A stretch of DNA of 64,000 nt from the human T2T-CHM13v2.0 reference genome, Homo sapiens, in assembly GCA_009914755.4 (NCBI GenBank), contig CP068257.2:32960001-33024000 (forward strand), written 5' to 3'. The position numbers were made by a program, and so were the translations under genes. The notes beneath the pieces are model-generated. The model saw nothing but the letters and a program-made list of their open reading frames with translations, did not search any database and was not told where the DNA came from. Position 1 is the stretch's first letter; the number at the start of each line of letters is the position of its first letter. Below are positions 13,901-28,730 of this stretch, piece by piece.

Positions 13901-16848
13901 TAGGCTGAGGACAGAAGAGCAGGGGATGGGGTCAGGTAGCCAGGGACAGTTTCCTGCAAAGTGAGGAGCCAAGACCTAACCAAGGTGAGCCATGGCTTTC
14001 TGGGTGAAAACTGCTCCAGGAGAAGGCAAGCATGGGCCCTGGGGGGGAACACGATGTATTCAAACAGCACGGTGGCAGATGGGAAGGGTCCAACCAGCCA
14101 CGCTAGGGACACCTTCTATCCTGTGGGACATGAGAAACCCTGGAGGATCAGAATAAAGTGGAGGAAAATTAAAGCTGAGCTTTGAGTGCAACTATTTTAA
14201 GACTAAATAGAGCTCACATTAAGTCTCTTAAACTGCCACTGGGTTCTAATTCGATGATTAAATTTATCTAGATAAAGGACTCTGAGATTCTCGCATGGTG
14301 GATCCATATGTTGCGCTAATACGTAAATGTCCATTATTTTACACAGGTCCAGGGAACCTGGCCATCATCTCGATGCACCAATTCTCCCTGCCCCACCCAA
14401 ATTAGAATGTAGGTGGTCACATAGCAAACTACAACATGACCGGGATTTCAGCTCTAAAAAGTGCCATCAAGACGTGTTCCCCAACTTGACTGTGGCAGTC
14501 ATTTCTTGGTATCCACCACTGCAGATCACATGCACACCTCAAATACATGCAGTTCAATTTGTCAGTCATGCCTTAAGAAAGCTGGGGGGAAAGGTGCCAC
14601 CAAATGAAATAAAGAAGCGTTCCCCTCCCTTGCACCCTGCCAGCATTTCAGATCTGTCTTATCAAAACTCCCTGTGCTTGGGCTTAGACAGACGAAAGAA
14701 AAATGATGGGGAGCCAGAAAACCTGAGAAAACTACGCAAGTGCACTCCAGTGTCTGAATTTCCATTCTGGAAAGGAACGGGCAGCGCTCAGCCTCACAGC
14801 CCACCTGGGCACCTGGCATCAAGGCCACCCTCTGCCCTGGTCTGCGTGCAATGCCATGCTGGGCTCAGACACACTCCTGGAACAGCACAGCTCTCATGAG
14901 TCCCTGATAATGGCGTCCGCCACACGCCCACACCCTTTTGGCACTGTCTTCTGACTGACTGGGCTAAAAAAAGCTTCGATAAACCCCAAGGATCAGGGCT
15001 GGGCTGCTGTTCTTCTGAACATAAACACTGGTCAGGAGGTGATTACAGTTCAAGCAGAGGGGAGCAAAGTCCCATTTTCCCAGCACTAGGATTAGATGGC
15101 AAAGTAATATCATGGGCAGTTTTTACCCTCACAAATCCCTGACCTCCTTCCCTGAGGCCCCCTTCCCGGAGCCGTCTACATGCCTGCCTTTACTCTACGC
15201 CGGGACTCCAGTCTATAAGAGGATAATCATTTATGAATAAACCCATGATGATTTACGTTCCCCTCAAACGTGAACAGAACCCAATCATCTGTTTCTTGTG
15301 TTTTCCGATTCCAAGAAAAAACATTTCTTGGCTGAGGCTGTCTTGTTTCTGGCCAGATTTTCCTATATGATGTCTATGTTCTCTCGTGATTAACTCAGAG
15401 ATATCAATCTACAACTACAGGAAAACCTCAATGGCTTTACTTAATTGGAGCACCAGGAGGACATGGTAAAGGACCACAGTGCTGGTTCTTCTAAGCGCAT
15501 GTGGGAACTGAAGGAAAGAGGATGGGGAGCTGGACTCTGGGTACCCATGAGGGCTTCAGTACAGAAGACCCATGAGGACAGTGGTTATGTGTCAATGCAG
15601 TGCAGTATTAAAAATTACTATTTGCCTGCCTTTGCTCTGACATGAGTTAAATCCTTCTCATCTAGATTACAATAACATTTGACCCTGAGTTTATATAGAC
15701 TAGGATCTTTTATGATGTTCCCAATCTTGCTTTAGTTATGGAGAAGCTCATTATAAAATAGTCTTACAGGAAAAACCTGATCACAGAGGGGAACACTATA
15801 GTGAAGCACCAATACTTTTCATCAAAAATGTTCAAGTATTGGCAATTTCATGTGTTTCAACATAATACTACTAGCCCTCACCCAACCACAGGTTACAGAG
15901 TGCCTGGAGCTGCTAGAATAGGCACAACTGTTCTCACCATATGCAAGGCTCATCCTCCTCCAACCTTCTCAATACATCATTACCAATTATCAAATCATTA
16001 CATCTTTATGAAAAAGACTTGGCTTATATGACACAGGCAGAAGTGCCACCCTTTCACAACATTATGAAACGATGCCAAATAAGGCTAGCACACCTGCCAC
16101 CTTTTGCATTTACTGAAGAGCTCTTATGCATGGACCCACTTGGCCTGTCTCTTAGTCACAGAAGGGGGCATGGGGCAGCCTGGCTCGGAACACCTGTGCC
16201 TGCTGATAGCAGACGTGCCAGCCTGCCAGAGACTGAGAAGCTGGACCTCAAGGTGTTGGGAGGTCGGGCTGAGGCTGTGGCTGCTGGGCCAGCTGATGCA
16301 TGGGGAAAGGATATGCATGGTTTCCGGAGTAGGAAAAAGGTTTAGGAAATAAACAAGTGGAAAAATATCTGGAAAATGGAACCAGGTACAGTCCCTGCCC
16401 TCAAAGAGCAGGTGCTCAGTCTAAAGAAGTGGTCTATGCCTGGGTGCCCACTGCTCCAGACAGACTTAGAAATTCTATAATACGTGTAAGAAAAAAATCG
16501 TTAGTTTCCACTTGTTTTTTATTCTGGGGCTGGAGGCGTGGGGCATGGATTCTTACCCTCTTATTTAGCAGTATAGGCAAGTCATTATTTTCAGAGTTGT
16601 TGCAAAACAGAAAGGGGACAAAAATGTTACATGATGATGGATTATATTAGAGGAGTTCCTGTCGTGACCCTTGAGTTAGAAAGCAGATCTGCGTAAAATA
16701 AACAATCTGAGAGCTGAATGGGCAAAGGATATGAACAGTCAATTCACAGGAGGAAACAGAACCAGTAAACAAGCACATGGAAATATGTAATAATCTGTAG
16801 TCAGGGACATAGCTGAAAAAAATGAGAATGTTTCACAAAAGAAGGGTG

Positions 16849-17155
16849 GGCCGGGCGCGGTGGCTCATGCCTGTAATCCCAGCACTCTGGGAGGCCGAAG
16901 TGGGTGGATCACGGGGTCAAGAGATTGAGACCATCCTGGCCAACATGGTGAAACCCCACCTCTACTAAAAATACAAGCATTAGCTGGGTGTGGTAGCACA
17001 TGCCTGTACTCCCAGTTACTCCAGAGGTTGGGACAGGAGAATCGCTTGAACCCAGGAGGCGGAGGTTGCATTGAGCCAAGATCGCGCCACTGCACTCCAG
17101 CCTGGCAACAGAGGGAGACTCCATCTCAAAACAAGAACAACAACAACAACAAAAC
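16849..17155 (+). mobile_element. Alu SINE (+) with (CAA)n-type A-rich tail, TSD gaagggtgg
   Basis: Full Alu consensus. Flanks are aagaagggtg|Alu|acgaagggtggcaagg. Confidence 0.9.
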
Positions 17156-17477
17156 GAAGGGTGGCAAGGTACCCATTTAGGGGACCCTCAGGCCCCTAAG
17201 TCAGTTACTTGCATTTGACAGTCGTAATGTGAGGAGCACTGAATAAGGCACAGTCCAGGTGCTCAGAAATAACAATGACCAATGGGCCAGGTGCACAGCA
17301 GAGATCAGTGTTAGGAGTCAGACCTGCAGGTGTTGCATCGGAATCCCAAGCAGGCACTGGCCCCCATACAAACTCGCCAGGCCTCCGTGTCTTCACTGTA
17401 AAATGGAATCGTAACAAGCGCATACCTCACAGGGATCCTGGGTGGCAAACGAAATGGGGGACCAGGGTGGACAGGCA

Positions 17478-17750
17478 GCATGGGTAGTGGTTAAGAATGC
17501 TAACTCTGGAATAAGATGGCCTGGGTTCAAACCTTGCCCCCTCCTCCAACTTAGCTGTGCAACATGGGCAAGTTACTTCACCTCCAGATGCCTCAGTGAC
17601 TCCATCCATAAAATGGGGACAGTCATAGTATCTGCTTCACAGGGTTTATGTGAGGATGAAATGCATTCACACTTCTAGGCAGTGCCATACTTACAGCAGC
17701 ACCTGGCACTGGACAAACACTATGGAAAACAGTGCCTGACACAGAACAAA
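17478..17750 (+). mobile_element. MIR SINE (+), near full length
   Basis: Contains the MIR core blocks ggcctgggttcaaa, gggcaagttacttcacctc, cctcagtgactccatccataaaatgggg and agcagcacctggcactgg. Confidence 0.7.
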
Positions 17751-20249
17751 TGCACTAAGAGCATTTCCTTACACACACACCTGGAAACCACTTGCTCTAG
17801 TAACTGGCACAGAGTGGGTGTGGCATAAATGGTGGGAGAAATTCATCATAGCCTCTTCCCATCTGGGGGTGTGCTGAGATGCTGGAAAAGAGGGTCATCA
17901 AAAAAGGAGGAAAAATCCCTTAGCTCTTAAGCCCTAAGAAAGTGCTTCACAGCTTTTCCTTGACCATGAAAAATACAGAAGCAACACCCGCAGAAAGAAT
18001 AGAATCCTAGTAATTTTGTGTTCTGAATCAAGCTAAGTTTGACCTTTGAGCAAATTACTGGCTCTCTGCTAAGAGTGTACAGACCCATCTATTCATCATA
18101 GACTTCACTGTCTGGGAATGAGCCCCGGAGCCCAGGCTCTGCAGGTTGTTGCTGTTACGTAAGCCAGTGCAGGAGCCGTGCTGAGAAAAGGAAACTGCGC
18201 AATCTGCTCAGGTTCCCAGGAAGGCCAGGGTCCTTGTCCCACCTGAGGAGCTGACTTCTCAACTGGCAGCAGATTCAGGCATGCACACTGCCTTCGCCGG
18301 CCACTGGAAGGGCACTGCTCCCAACACCCACTCACACGCTGCCTGGATGGCTCTGATGGGGGCCACTGGGCAGGCCGGACAGGCTGCCTCAAGGAGCTGG
18401 GGACCTGTGGTGTCAGACAAGCTGACCACCCCCCGGCAGGGGTGGGACATACGTGTGAAAAGGGGAGTCTGGGGGTCCCCCACACAGTCCATCTACGCAG
18501 ATGCAGGCCAAGCTCCCCAGATAAGCCTGCCTCAAGGATTCTGGCCGAGGAGCAGAGGGGGCCCTTCCTGGAGGTCACCTGCCCTTGAAGCAGGTAGAGA
18601 AGACATCTTAGTGTGGATCAGTGCTGACATCTGTGGAGAGTGGACTCTCGGCACTTTCTGTCTGTGGACTCACGTCCCCATCCCCGGAGCCCTGTGAGGT
18701 GGCTATTATGAGCCCCATCCTACAAGTGGGCAAACTGAAGCACCCATGTCCATGCTACCAGGGAGCAGCAGTGCCAGGAAGAAGCTCAAGTGCCCGGCCT
18801 TCTTAACCTCTAAGCTCCAACAGGTGACCTCCAGTATAAGCGGAGGCCTTCCTGCCCTCCAGAAAAAGCCGAGAGTCTCTGTAGCGTGGTTCCCTCCTGC
18901 TTCTTTTGAATGAACGACTGGGAGGGAAGGCTGAGGAGACCCACAGGGGCCCAGGGACTGATGCAGGGAACCCCCTCACTGGGGAAAGAGAGAAAGAGTT
19001 GGCTAAAGTAGAAAAAACTCGAAGTGCAAGCAGGGCTGTGGCTCCTGCATGACCGAGAAAGCCTCCTTGCCCACTGGAGCCTCAGCTGAGGGCCTTCTCG
19101 AAGGCTCTGCTTTCTATATTCTCTCCACTCCCTGACCACGGCAGGCTGGGTTCTCGTAAGGTTTAGAGCCGTCTCAGGGACAGGAGCAACCCCCGCTGCC
19201 ATGCAGAAGATGCAGAAAGTCTTCTTTTAGAAGCACTGGAAAATACATTCGAACCGGGATGGGCATTTCCTGATGATGTTGGAACACCAACACAGTACCT
19301 CAGGGTGCTTTCCACCTCGACAAAGGGCCGAGGACTTTGCCTCCCTGCCTTTATCTTGCGAGAACCTTTGCACTGTGGAGTGAAGGAGCTCGGCTGAAAA
19401 CTCAACAACTGCACAGCCCTTGGCTGGACCCACACTAGGGAAGGTGTCTGCGAGGCTCGGGCCTGCTCACTGTGCTGTGCGTTGGTCTGCACACACTGGG
19501 ACTTCGGTGATAACTTACAGAAGGGAAATGGGAGGGGAGGAGTAAAGAAGGGGTTGGACAGTGACACCAGCTTGAGACAGAGAGTAAGAATCCTGGGCTC
19601 CCAGTCTCAGTTTCGTCATGAACTTGCTGTGTGATGTGGGCCCAATCTCAGCATCTCTGGGCACAATGAGTGGCCACCAGGGCCTTTCTAGCATTCATAT
19701 CTTACCCTTCCATGAATGAGCGAGGAACCCGTGCAGCCCAGTTCTGCAGCTACCAGCCACATGGGGCTATGTCAATGAAAATTAGCAAAAGTAAACACTC
19801 CTCGGTAGTACTAGCTACATTTTAAGTGCTCAATAACATGACAATTTAAATGAAAATTAATTAAAATGAAAAAAATTAAAAGTTCAGTTCCTCAGTCATG
19901 TCCACCACATTTCAAGCACTCAGTGGCCACAAGTGGCCAGTGGTTACTGCAGTGGACAGTGCGGATACAGGACACTCCCACCACCCTAGGGAGTCCTCCA
20001 CAGGGCAGCATCGAGAGTGTGCAGATGGAGATGTGGCTCACAGAACGTTCGGGAAGCTGCTTCTTTAAAGAAGAATTGTGTGTCAGCTTGGAGCCTATGT
20101 AAAAGTAATGAAAGAAAGCTAGATGTGTCTGTTGGGGTAACTAGGTCTGTAACAGGGAAAGTCATCAAGATACCTGAAGGTGAGATAAAATACCATATTG
20201 CCACACCCAAGCTATGGTCAGTGGTGAAAGACTAGCGTGTTTCCATAAG

Positions 20250-21895
20250 ATGAGAATACCCATCTGCTGCCTCTATAATGTTGAAATACAATTTGAAGTA
20301 TTATAAACAAGATGGAAAAATCATCATTATTTGCAGGTGATACGATTTTATACCTAGAAAATGCAAAAGAATCAACTATTAGAAATAGTCAAAGGCTTTA
20401 GCACAGGTGGTTGGTTACAAAATTAATACACAGAAACAATAATCTTCTCTATATAGAGGTAAAAATAAGTGTAATTTAAAAATCCCATTTTTAAATAATT
20501 TCTTAAATTTACATAAAAATGTTCATATTGAAGAATCTAAAACATAAATACAAATTAAAGAAATAGATAGGGTCTATATAAAGAAAACTTCCACCCTGTA
20601 CTGAGTAGAGAAAAGATGGCTTACATAAGTAGAATAACACCACAGGAACCTAGGATGTAAAGACGTCAACTCTCCCTAAGTAACTATAAACCCAAAGCAA
20701 TCTCACTCAAAATATTAACAGGTTTGGATGTTCCATTTTCGTTTTCATTCTTGTAAGGGAGTAGAGGACAGTTTGAAAGTAACAGTATACTTCTAGAGTT
20801 CCCAAAGAAGAAGCAGCAAATGATACTAGCCAGGAAAACAAATACTGGAAAAAAAGAATAGGACAATTCACTGTATTAATTGTTAAATCACGCTAAAATG
20901 TAAGATCACAGTCATGAAAACAGTAGTATGAAACTGGCTTAGAAATGAACAAAAAGATCAAGAGAAGAATCCTGATAGAAGAGCATATTTGATCATTTAG
21001 GTGGTATTTCAAATCTTCAAAGAAAGAGCACTGCTTAGCAAACAACATTGGAACATCCCACAGGTAACATGCAAACGAGAAAACCAGAAATCTAACTCAC
21101 TCCTCATACCAGAATGTCCAGTGAATTAAAAGCAAACATCAACAACAAAAATGTACAAGTTCTAGAAGAAAACCTACTCCTATACATCTTGGCCTAGGTA
21201 TGAAACAACCTCAGGAGAAAGGAAGGCAAAATTTCTGCATCTGAACTACAAATAAAAATAATACAAAATTCTATGGAGTAAAAACACCATAAAATCAAAT
21301 GGCAAACTGGAGAAAATATCTGTAATATGTGCAGTAAGGTACTAATTTCCTTAATAAGCAAATAACTTACATATTCCTAAGTACAGACGATAAACTCACC
21401 AGAAAAGTAGCGCAAGATATACACAATCAGTTTATAGAGGAAAAAAAGCAACAACTGACTAATAAGCATATGGAAGGGTCAGCTTTGTTCCTAATTAAGG
21501 AAAAGCAAATTCAAACAAGATGATACTATTTTACGTCTATCAGAGATCCTGGCAATGATTCAAAATGATTTCTAATCCCCAGTACTGGTGAGAATGTGGG
21601 CAGAGAGGAACTCATGCGATGCTGGGGGTAATACATCAGTATAAACAGTTTGCAGAGCAAACTGACAGTATCTATTAAAACGTAAAGTAACCATACCTCC
21701 TGGCTCAGAAATTCCACTTCTAGCAATGTATCTTACAAATACATTTACATAAGGAAACAAAGAATGCTATTTGCAACATTATTTATAATAGGGAAAAAAA
21801 CCTGGCAACAACCTAAATGACAATCAATAGGAATAGCTGGTTGAGTTGTGTTATGTTCTAATCATGAATCATCAGGGAGTCATCAAAAGAAGTGC
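20250..21895 (+). mobile_element. Old L1 (L1M) LINE, ORF2 3' portion, degenerate
   Basis: Colinear with the L1 ORF2 C-terminal consensus as recalled, with many substitutions. Confidence 0.6.
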
Positions 21896-21897
21896 AT

Positions 21898-22060
<163 letters not shown>

Positions 22061-23704
22061 TACATTGAGTCTACTGACAAGATATCCACAACATGTTAAA
22101 AAGCCAAGTAGCAAAATATAGTATGCAATCTAATACTACGTAATGTAAACATGCAGATGGTACCTATTTAAGTGTATTTATCTTTCCAAACACACCACAT
22201 ATGTTTATACATGTGTGTGAAAGGGTATACATACACTCAACAGAGGCTATCCCTAAAGAAGGGTTGAGAGAAGATGGGATACCAACTATTACTTTGATAG
22301 TTAATTACGCCTCTGTGATTTGAGGCGTAATTAACAAAGTGATAGTTGGTCATAAAAAAATCATCTAACGAATGTGACAATCTATAGTTGGTGCCTACTA
22401 TCAGCAAACGGTACTTACTATGAGTCATGCTCTTCATGCATTTCTCCCCAGTGCCATTAAATAGCCTCATGGGCAGCATGACCAATAGGTGTAGACCTAT
22501 TGCAACTGGTGGGTAACTTTTTGCTTAAGTCAGCTTGTAATGGCTGTGTTGTGTTCTCTGGCTAGAAGGGTAGATAAGGGATAAGTTACCCTGAACCTAA
22601 AGCACGAGAACTGGCCCCAACAACCAAGAGTCCAGATCACGCTATGCTAAAGCCCCTCACTCCAATCTTCAGTCCCCTGGTACCTCCCTATGACACAGGT
22701 GGCTCACAGAACCATCACTGGGGACAGACTGCTGGGTGGCATGCTGCTGCAGGGCTAAGAATCGCGTTTTTAAAGGTTAGTTCATTTAATTAAAAGCACA
22801 GCAGGGTGCTGCCTACTTTCATTAAGAAAGGTCATCTTCCCCAGCATATTCTAATGGAAACCAGGGCAGCATTCAGAGATAGGAACCATCACAAGTTGAT
22901 TTTGCTCTCTTAAGGTAAGATACGGCAAAGAATGACCAGCCACCTCCTAGCAGGGTGCTGAGGCTGGCTGGTGCAGTAGGTGGAGATTTAGCAGATGACA
23001 ATGTATTTCTGAAAAGGTCTGTTTTTCCTCTAAAAGGCATTCTAGGAACCAGAGAGAGAAGGGAGAAAGGAGGGGAAGGGGAAGATCAGGAGAGAGGGAG
23101 GGAAAGGAAAGGAGGCGAGGAGACAGGAGAAAAACCTCACCACCAAGCATTAGCATTTATTTCTCAATTGCAATATTTTTATTTTAAGTTGTGCTAAGAA
23201 GCCTAGGATTTCTTTCTTCAATAATAATGATTTTTATGCTTTATAGTTCATGAGGCTTTCATATTCATTATGTTGAGATTTATTTTCAAAAAAGTGTTTA
23301 GAGTCTTAAGTTGTTTGCAACTTTGTAGCAAAGCTCATTTCACATTAAAACATCCTTTTAGCAAAGTCTCAACATACTATAGTGAAATTAATACAGGTTT
23401 TTCTAAGCATTTATAAGTGTTAATAAGCCATGCCAGTCTGCTGGCATAGCATATATGGTGCTGCGGTATTCTGAATATTCAGTATCTAAATCTGTTCATT
23501 TCATACACACATGCACGTGTGTTCACAAACACACATGCATGCAGGCACACACCACTGCAAAATTTTTAAGCTGCAGGACCCCCTGGCCTGAAAAAATGCA
23601 CACAGCTTCTGAAAGTGCCTAAGTTACTCATGGGAAAATAAAGCTTATTATTTAATGGACTTAACAATATTTTCTTGTTCATGATGATGTTTTACTTCCA
23701 CTGA

Positions 23705-24055
23705 TACACAAATATTTATTAAGTGCCTACTATGTGGCAGGCACTGTCCCAGGAACAGGTTAAGCAGCTGCAAGCAATGTAGACACTGTAATTTCTGCAT
23801 TTTAATAAAATTGCTAACTCATACTAAATACTTACTATGAGCCTGATATTATTGTAAGCCCTCTATTTGTATTATGTCTTTTCATCCTCACAACACAACC
23901 CCAGGAGGTAGGAGCTTTTATAATCCCACTTGATAAACCAGGAGACCTAAGTGCAGAGAAGTTAAGTTACTTGCCCAAGGTCACACAGCTGGTTACTGGC
24001 AGAACTGGGATTTGAATCCAGACCAACCCTCCTTACTGCTGTACATTGATGTAGT
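23705..24055 (-). mobile_element. MIR SINE (-), about full length with an internal insert
   Basis: Begins with tatttattaagtgcctactatgtggcaggcactg, the reverse complement of the MIR 3' end. Ends with aagttaagttacttgcccaaggtcacacagctggttactggcagaactgggatttgaatccagacc, the reverse complement of the MIR 5' core. Confidence 0.75.
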
Positions 24056-24112
24056 TTAACAAGAACAACTCTAAACTAAGGTGGGTGTCCATCTATAAAG
24101 AAGGTGAATGCT

Positions 24113-24442
<330 letters not shown>

Positions 24443-26717
24443 TCAGAGATAACAGTGATCACATGTGTAGGTATAGACACCTTCACACTCACTGCACTCT
24501 CAGCTGAGCCATGAAAATTACTAAGATTAATAAGCAGCAACAAAACCTGCACCTAAAGAAAATAGATGCACAGAAAAATAAGCAAAAAATTAAACATTGA
24601 CCTAATATAAAACTGGTAACAACATATTCATTGACATTAAAACAAGATCCTTCATAAAGACTAAATAAATATTTTCTGAGTATCTCCTGTCCTTGATACG
24701 ATCACAAACGTTACCATGCTACATGCAATTCTCACAGCATCCTAGTAAGCCACCATCTAGACCTCTTTACAGACACAAAGCTGAAGATGCTCAGAATCTC
24801 AGGCACAGCCCCGAAGGCAGCCAGCTGGGTCCACTTCATTCCAAGCCACAAATGCAACACAGAATGCTCTGTGCTGCCTCTGCATAACCACCCCTTTCAC
24901 TAAATGCAGGAAGTCACCCCCACAACCAACAAGCTCTATACCCGCACCCCATTTCACCCTGTGTCTAGTTTGAAAGATACATCTTGAATTTAGCTATTCT
25001 AGAAAGAGATACCAATACAAATGAACCCTGAATCACTTTCCAAACACCTGCAGGTGTTTCCAGGCAGTTCATGAACTGTAACACAGTGAATTTTTCTGAA
25101 GGGTGGTCTGTTTTGAGGGGCTGCACAGCAGTTTTACTGATTGCGGACCAGACCACCTGAGATCTACAGGTTGGGATGCATGTGAGGGAAGCTGTACAAA
25201 TTCCCCAGAATCGTGACTCCAGCCCAGAACACTGTCACTACTTGACTAGAGTGGTGGTAATTCTGGAATCATCCGGGTGACCTGCCTACCAGCAAAAGCT
25301 TTTCCTTCTTAATCTACTGAGTAACCTAATACCTGAAGCCAGCTCAGAAAATTCCCATTATCTCTGAAATAAAATGTTTTCATCTGAGTTCTCTCTCTGT
25401 ATTTCTTTATGCTGATATTTTCATATTTCATATTCTTTTCATAATAATGCTGATAATTTCAGTCATCTTCAGGAGGAGGGTCATTCCTTTCAAAAGTCTC
25501 CCCTTCAGGTGAGCACGTTCCCCTATTTGTATTCTAAACAAAGCGGGCAGCATCTCCCAGCAGCAGGGAATAGGTCCACTCAGGAAGCGGCTTTCTCACC
25601 TGCACAGTTTCTGCTGGAGGGAGAGGGGTGTCTCTCCACTTGAAAGGTTCAGTTACACACTTATCTTTATAATAATAGCTTCTCTGCAGCACAAGGCATG
25701 ACTTCTCCCTTCTGAAAGTGCACTTTGCCTTTGATGCCTGAAATAAAGTGTAAGTCAACCAGCAAGCTCCACTGCAGCACACACATGAAGTTACTGCCCC
25801 CCGGCGGCGACCGCTGGTCTTTGAACAGCATTGGACAGGCCCTCGGTGCAAAGCTCTCCGGCCCCTCCACAAGCTGGAGACTGCTTCTCCCTACCTGCGG
25901 CCTGGGGACAGCCTTCCCTGGCAATATTACCGGGTTCCAGCTGGCTTGGACTCCCGAAGTCCCCCGGTTTGTATGCTCCGGGTTCTTTTGGATGGCGCTG
26001 GGAAAGGGGAGAACATTATTCGTTGGAGAATTAAGTGGGCAGAGTAAAACCAGCAGGCTGCAAGAAAAAAAGACCTGCTTTTGAGTTTTGCTAGTATCTA
26101 TTGAGCACCCTTGAGGAAATTTCGTCACCCTTCTCAGCACGAATTTCTCACTGAAGAGATGAAAGGCACAGCCTTGGAAGAACCTTCTGGTCCCAGGACT
26201 TCGAGAACCCCAGAGTCGGATATCCAGTTACCCCGGGATTCCACAGTGCTTATTATTTTTATAAAGGGTGAAGAAGTCTCCTTCATCTATGAAATGGGGA
26301 AATAATAGTATATATCTTAGAAGGCTGTAAGAAGGATTCAAAGAGATGATGTACCTAAAATATCTGGCACAAGTGGTAAGTGCTAAGTAAATAGGAGACC
26401 TATAATTGATTGTAAGTATAATTGATTGTAAGTGCTAAGTGAATAGAGGACCTATAATTATAATTTATCACTCAAGCTTCAGAGTGGGAGAGGGTGCTAC
26501 TAATGATTTCACTTGGATGACAGGCATAAGCCAGGATGGACAAAGTGGATGAGACATGTCACCTTATCAATCAATAATTGCCATCATGACATTTGGAAAA
26601 GTCTTCAATGTTGGCAGATGTTTTGAGAAACATTTTACTCAAGTGATCTGGCCTTGTGAGGCTATTTTTGGCAAATCTTCAAGCAGTAACTGGACAGAAT
26701 CCGTCTTGGGGTCACTT

Positions 26718-27008
<291 letters not shown>

Positions 27009-27389
27009 ATCTTGGGGTCATTTAAATCATCCCTGACACAGGGGTCATCTCAGATCAGTACTGTATATGTTTCCAAGACCAATTAAAGACACAAAGTTTA
27101 AGTGACTGAAATGTACCTCCTCTCTAGCCACATGCTGGACAAAACAGGGTACGGGTGTAAGCCAGAGAAGCTGTGTGGAAGAGAACTAGAATCACATTGA
27201 AGAAATGCTCTTTTTGAGCAGATTCCTACATGGAAAACTCTGATTTACCTTATGAGGGTGTGGGGAATGACAGGCAAGTGGGCTGTGAGTTCCGTGAAGG
27301 GAGAGGTGGTGTTTGTCATTCACCAAGATCTGTCTAGAGCTGTGCCCTCCTTACACTGGGGAAGTGGGCTGCCAGCCTGGGGCCCCACA

Positions 27390-27470
27390 GCTGGTTTTGC
27401 AACCAGCACAGTGCTCAGAACAGAGATGGCACCCAAAAGGTATTTGTTGAATAAATGAATGAATGAATGG
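27390..27470 (+). mobile_element. MIR 3'-end fragment
   Basis: cagcacagtgctcagaacagagatggcacccaaaaggtatttgttgaataaatgaatgaatgaatgg. Confidence 0.55.
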
Positions 27471-27596
27471 ATTGATGGAGCCAGGATTCAAATCTGGGTC
27501 TGCCTGGTGCCAGTGTCCAGGCACTGCCTTCCACCTGAGCAGCAGGGTGCCACCTGCCTGGCACGCCATCGGCATGCATAAACATCCATTACATAT

Positions 27597-28055
27597 ATGT
27601 GATAGTTAATATTAAGTGTCAACTTGATTGGATTGAAAGATGCAAAGTATTGTTCCTGAATGTGTCTGTGAGGGTGTTGCCAGAGGAGATTAACATTTGA
27701 GTCAGTGGACTGGGAAAGGCGGACCCACCCTCTATCTGCGTGGGCACCATCTAATCAGCTGTCAGAATAAAAGCAGGCAGAAGAATGTGAAAAGACTAAA
27801 CTGGCTTAGCCTCTCAGCCTCCATCTTTCTCCTGCGCTGGATGCTTCCTGCTCTCAAACATTAGACTCCAGGTTCTTCAGCTTTGGGACTCAGACTGGCT
27901 TCCTTGCTCCTCAGCTTGTAGACAGCCTATTGTCGGACCTCACCTTGGGATTGTGTGCGTCAATACTCCTTAACAAACTCCCTTTTAACTCCTCTTTATA
28001 TATATCGATCTATCCTATTAGTTCTGTCCATCTAGAGAACCCTAATATAATATAA
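27597..28055 (+). mobile_element. MaLR-type solitary LTR (same family as 10335 and 12085)
   Basis: Motifs gtgtcaacttgattgg, atctaatcagc and tatcctattagttctgtccatctagagaaccctaata. Confidence 0.6.
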
Positions 28056-28217
28056 ATACATGACTGAAAGAATGAAGAGTCGTAACTCATGTGAATCTCT
28101 GTTTCCCGTAGGTAAAAACACTCTCTTCACAGAGCTATCCTAGGATTGAAATGAGATGTGAAAGATATATGAAAAATTCACTCGCATTAATGCCATGCTT
28201 TAAGATGATAAGCAGCA

Positions 28218-28730
<513 letters not shown>

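Noticed and set aside
14327-14899. 190-aa plus-strand ORF in intron 1
   Set aside because: No recognisable domain or family and low-complexity composition. It has no splice signals or Kozak context, and lies antisense to the host gene inside an intron. This is consistent with a chance ORF in GC-moderate DNA.
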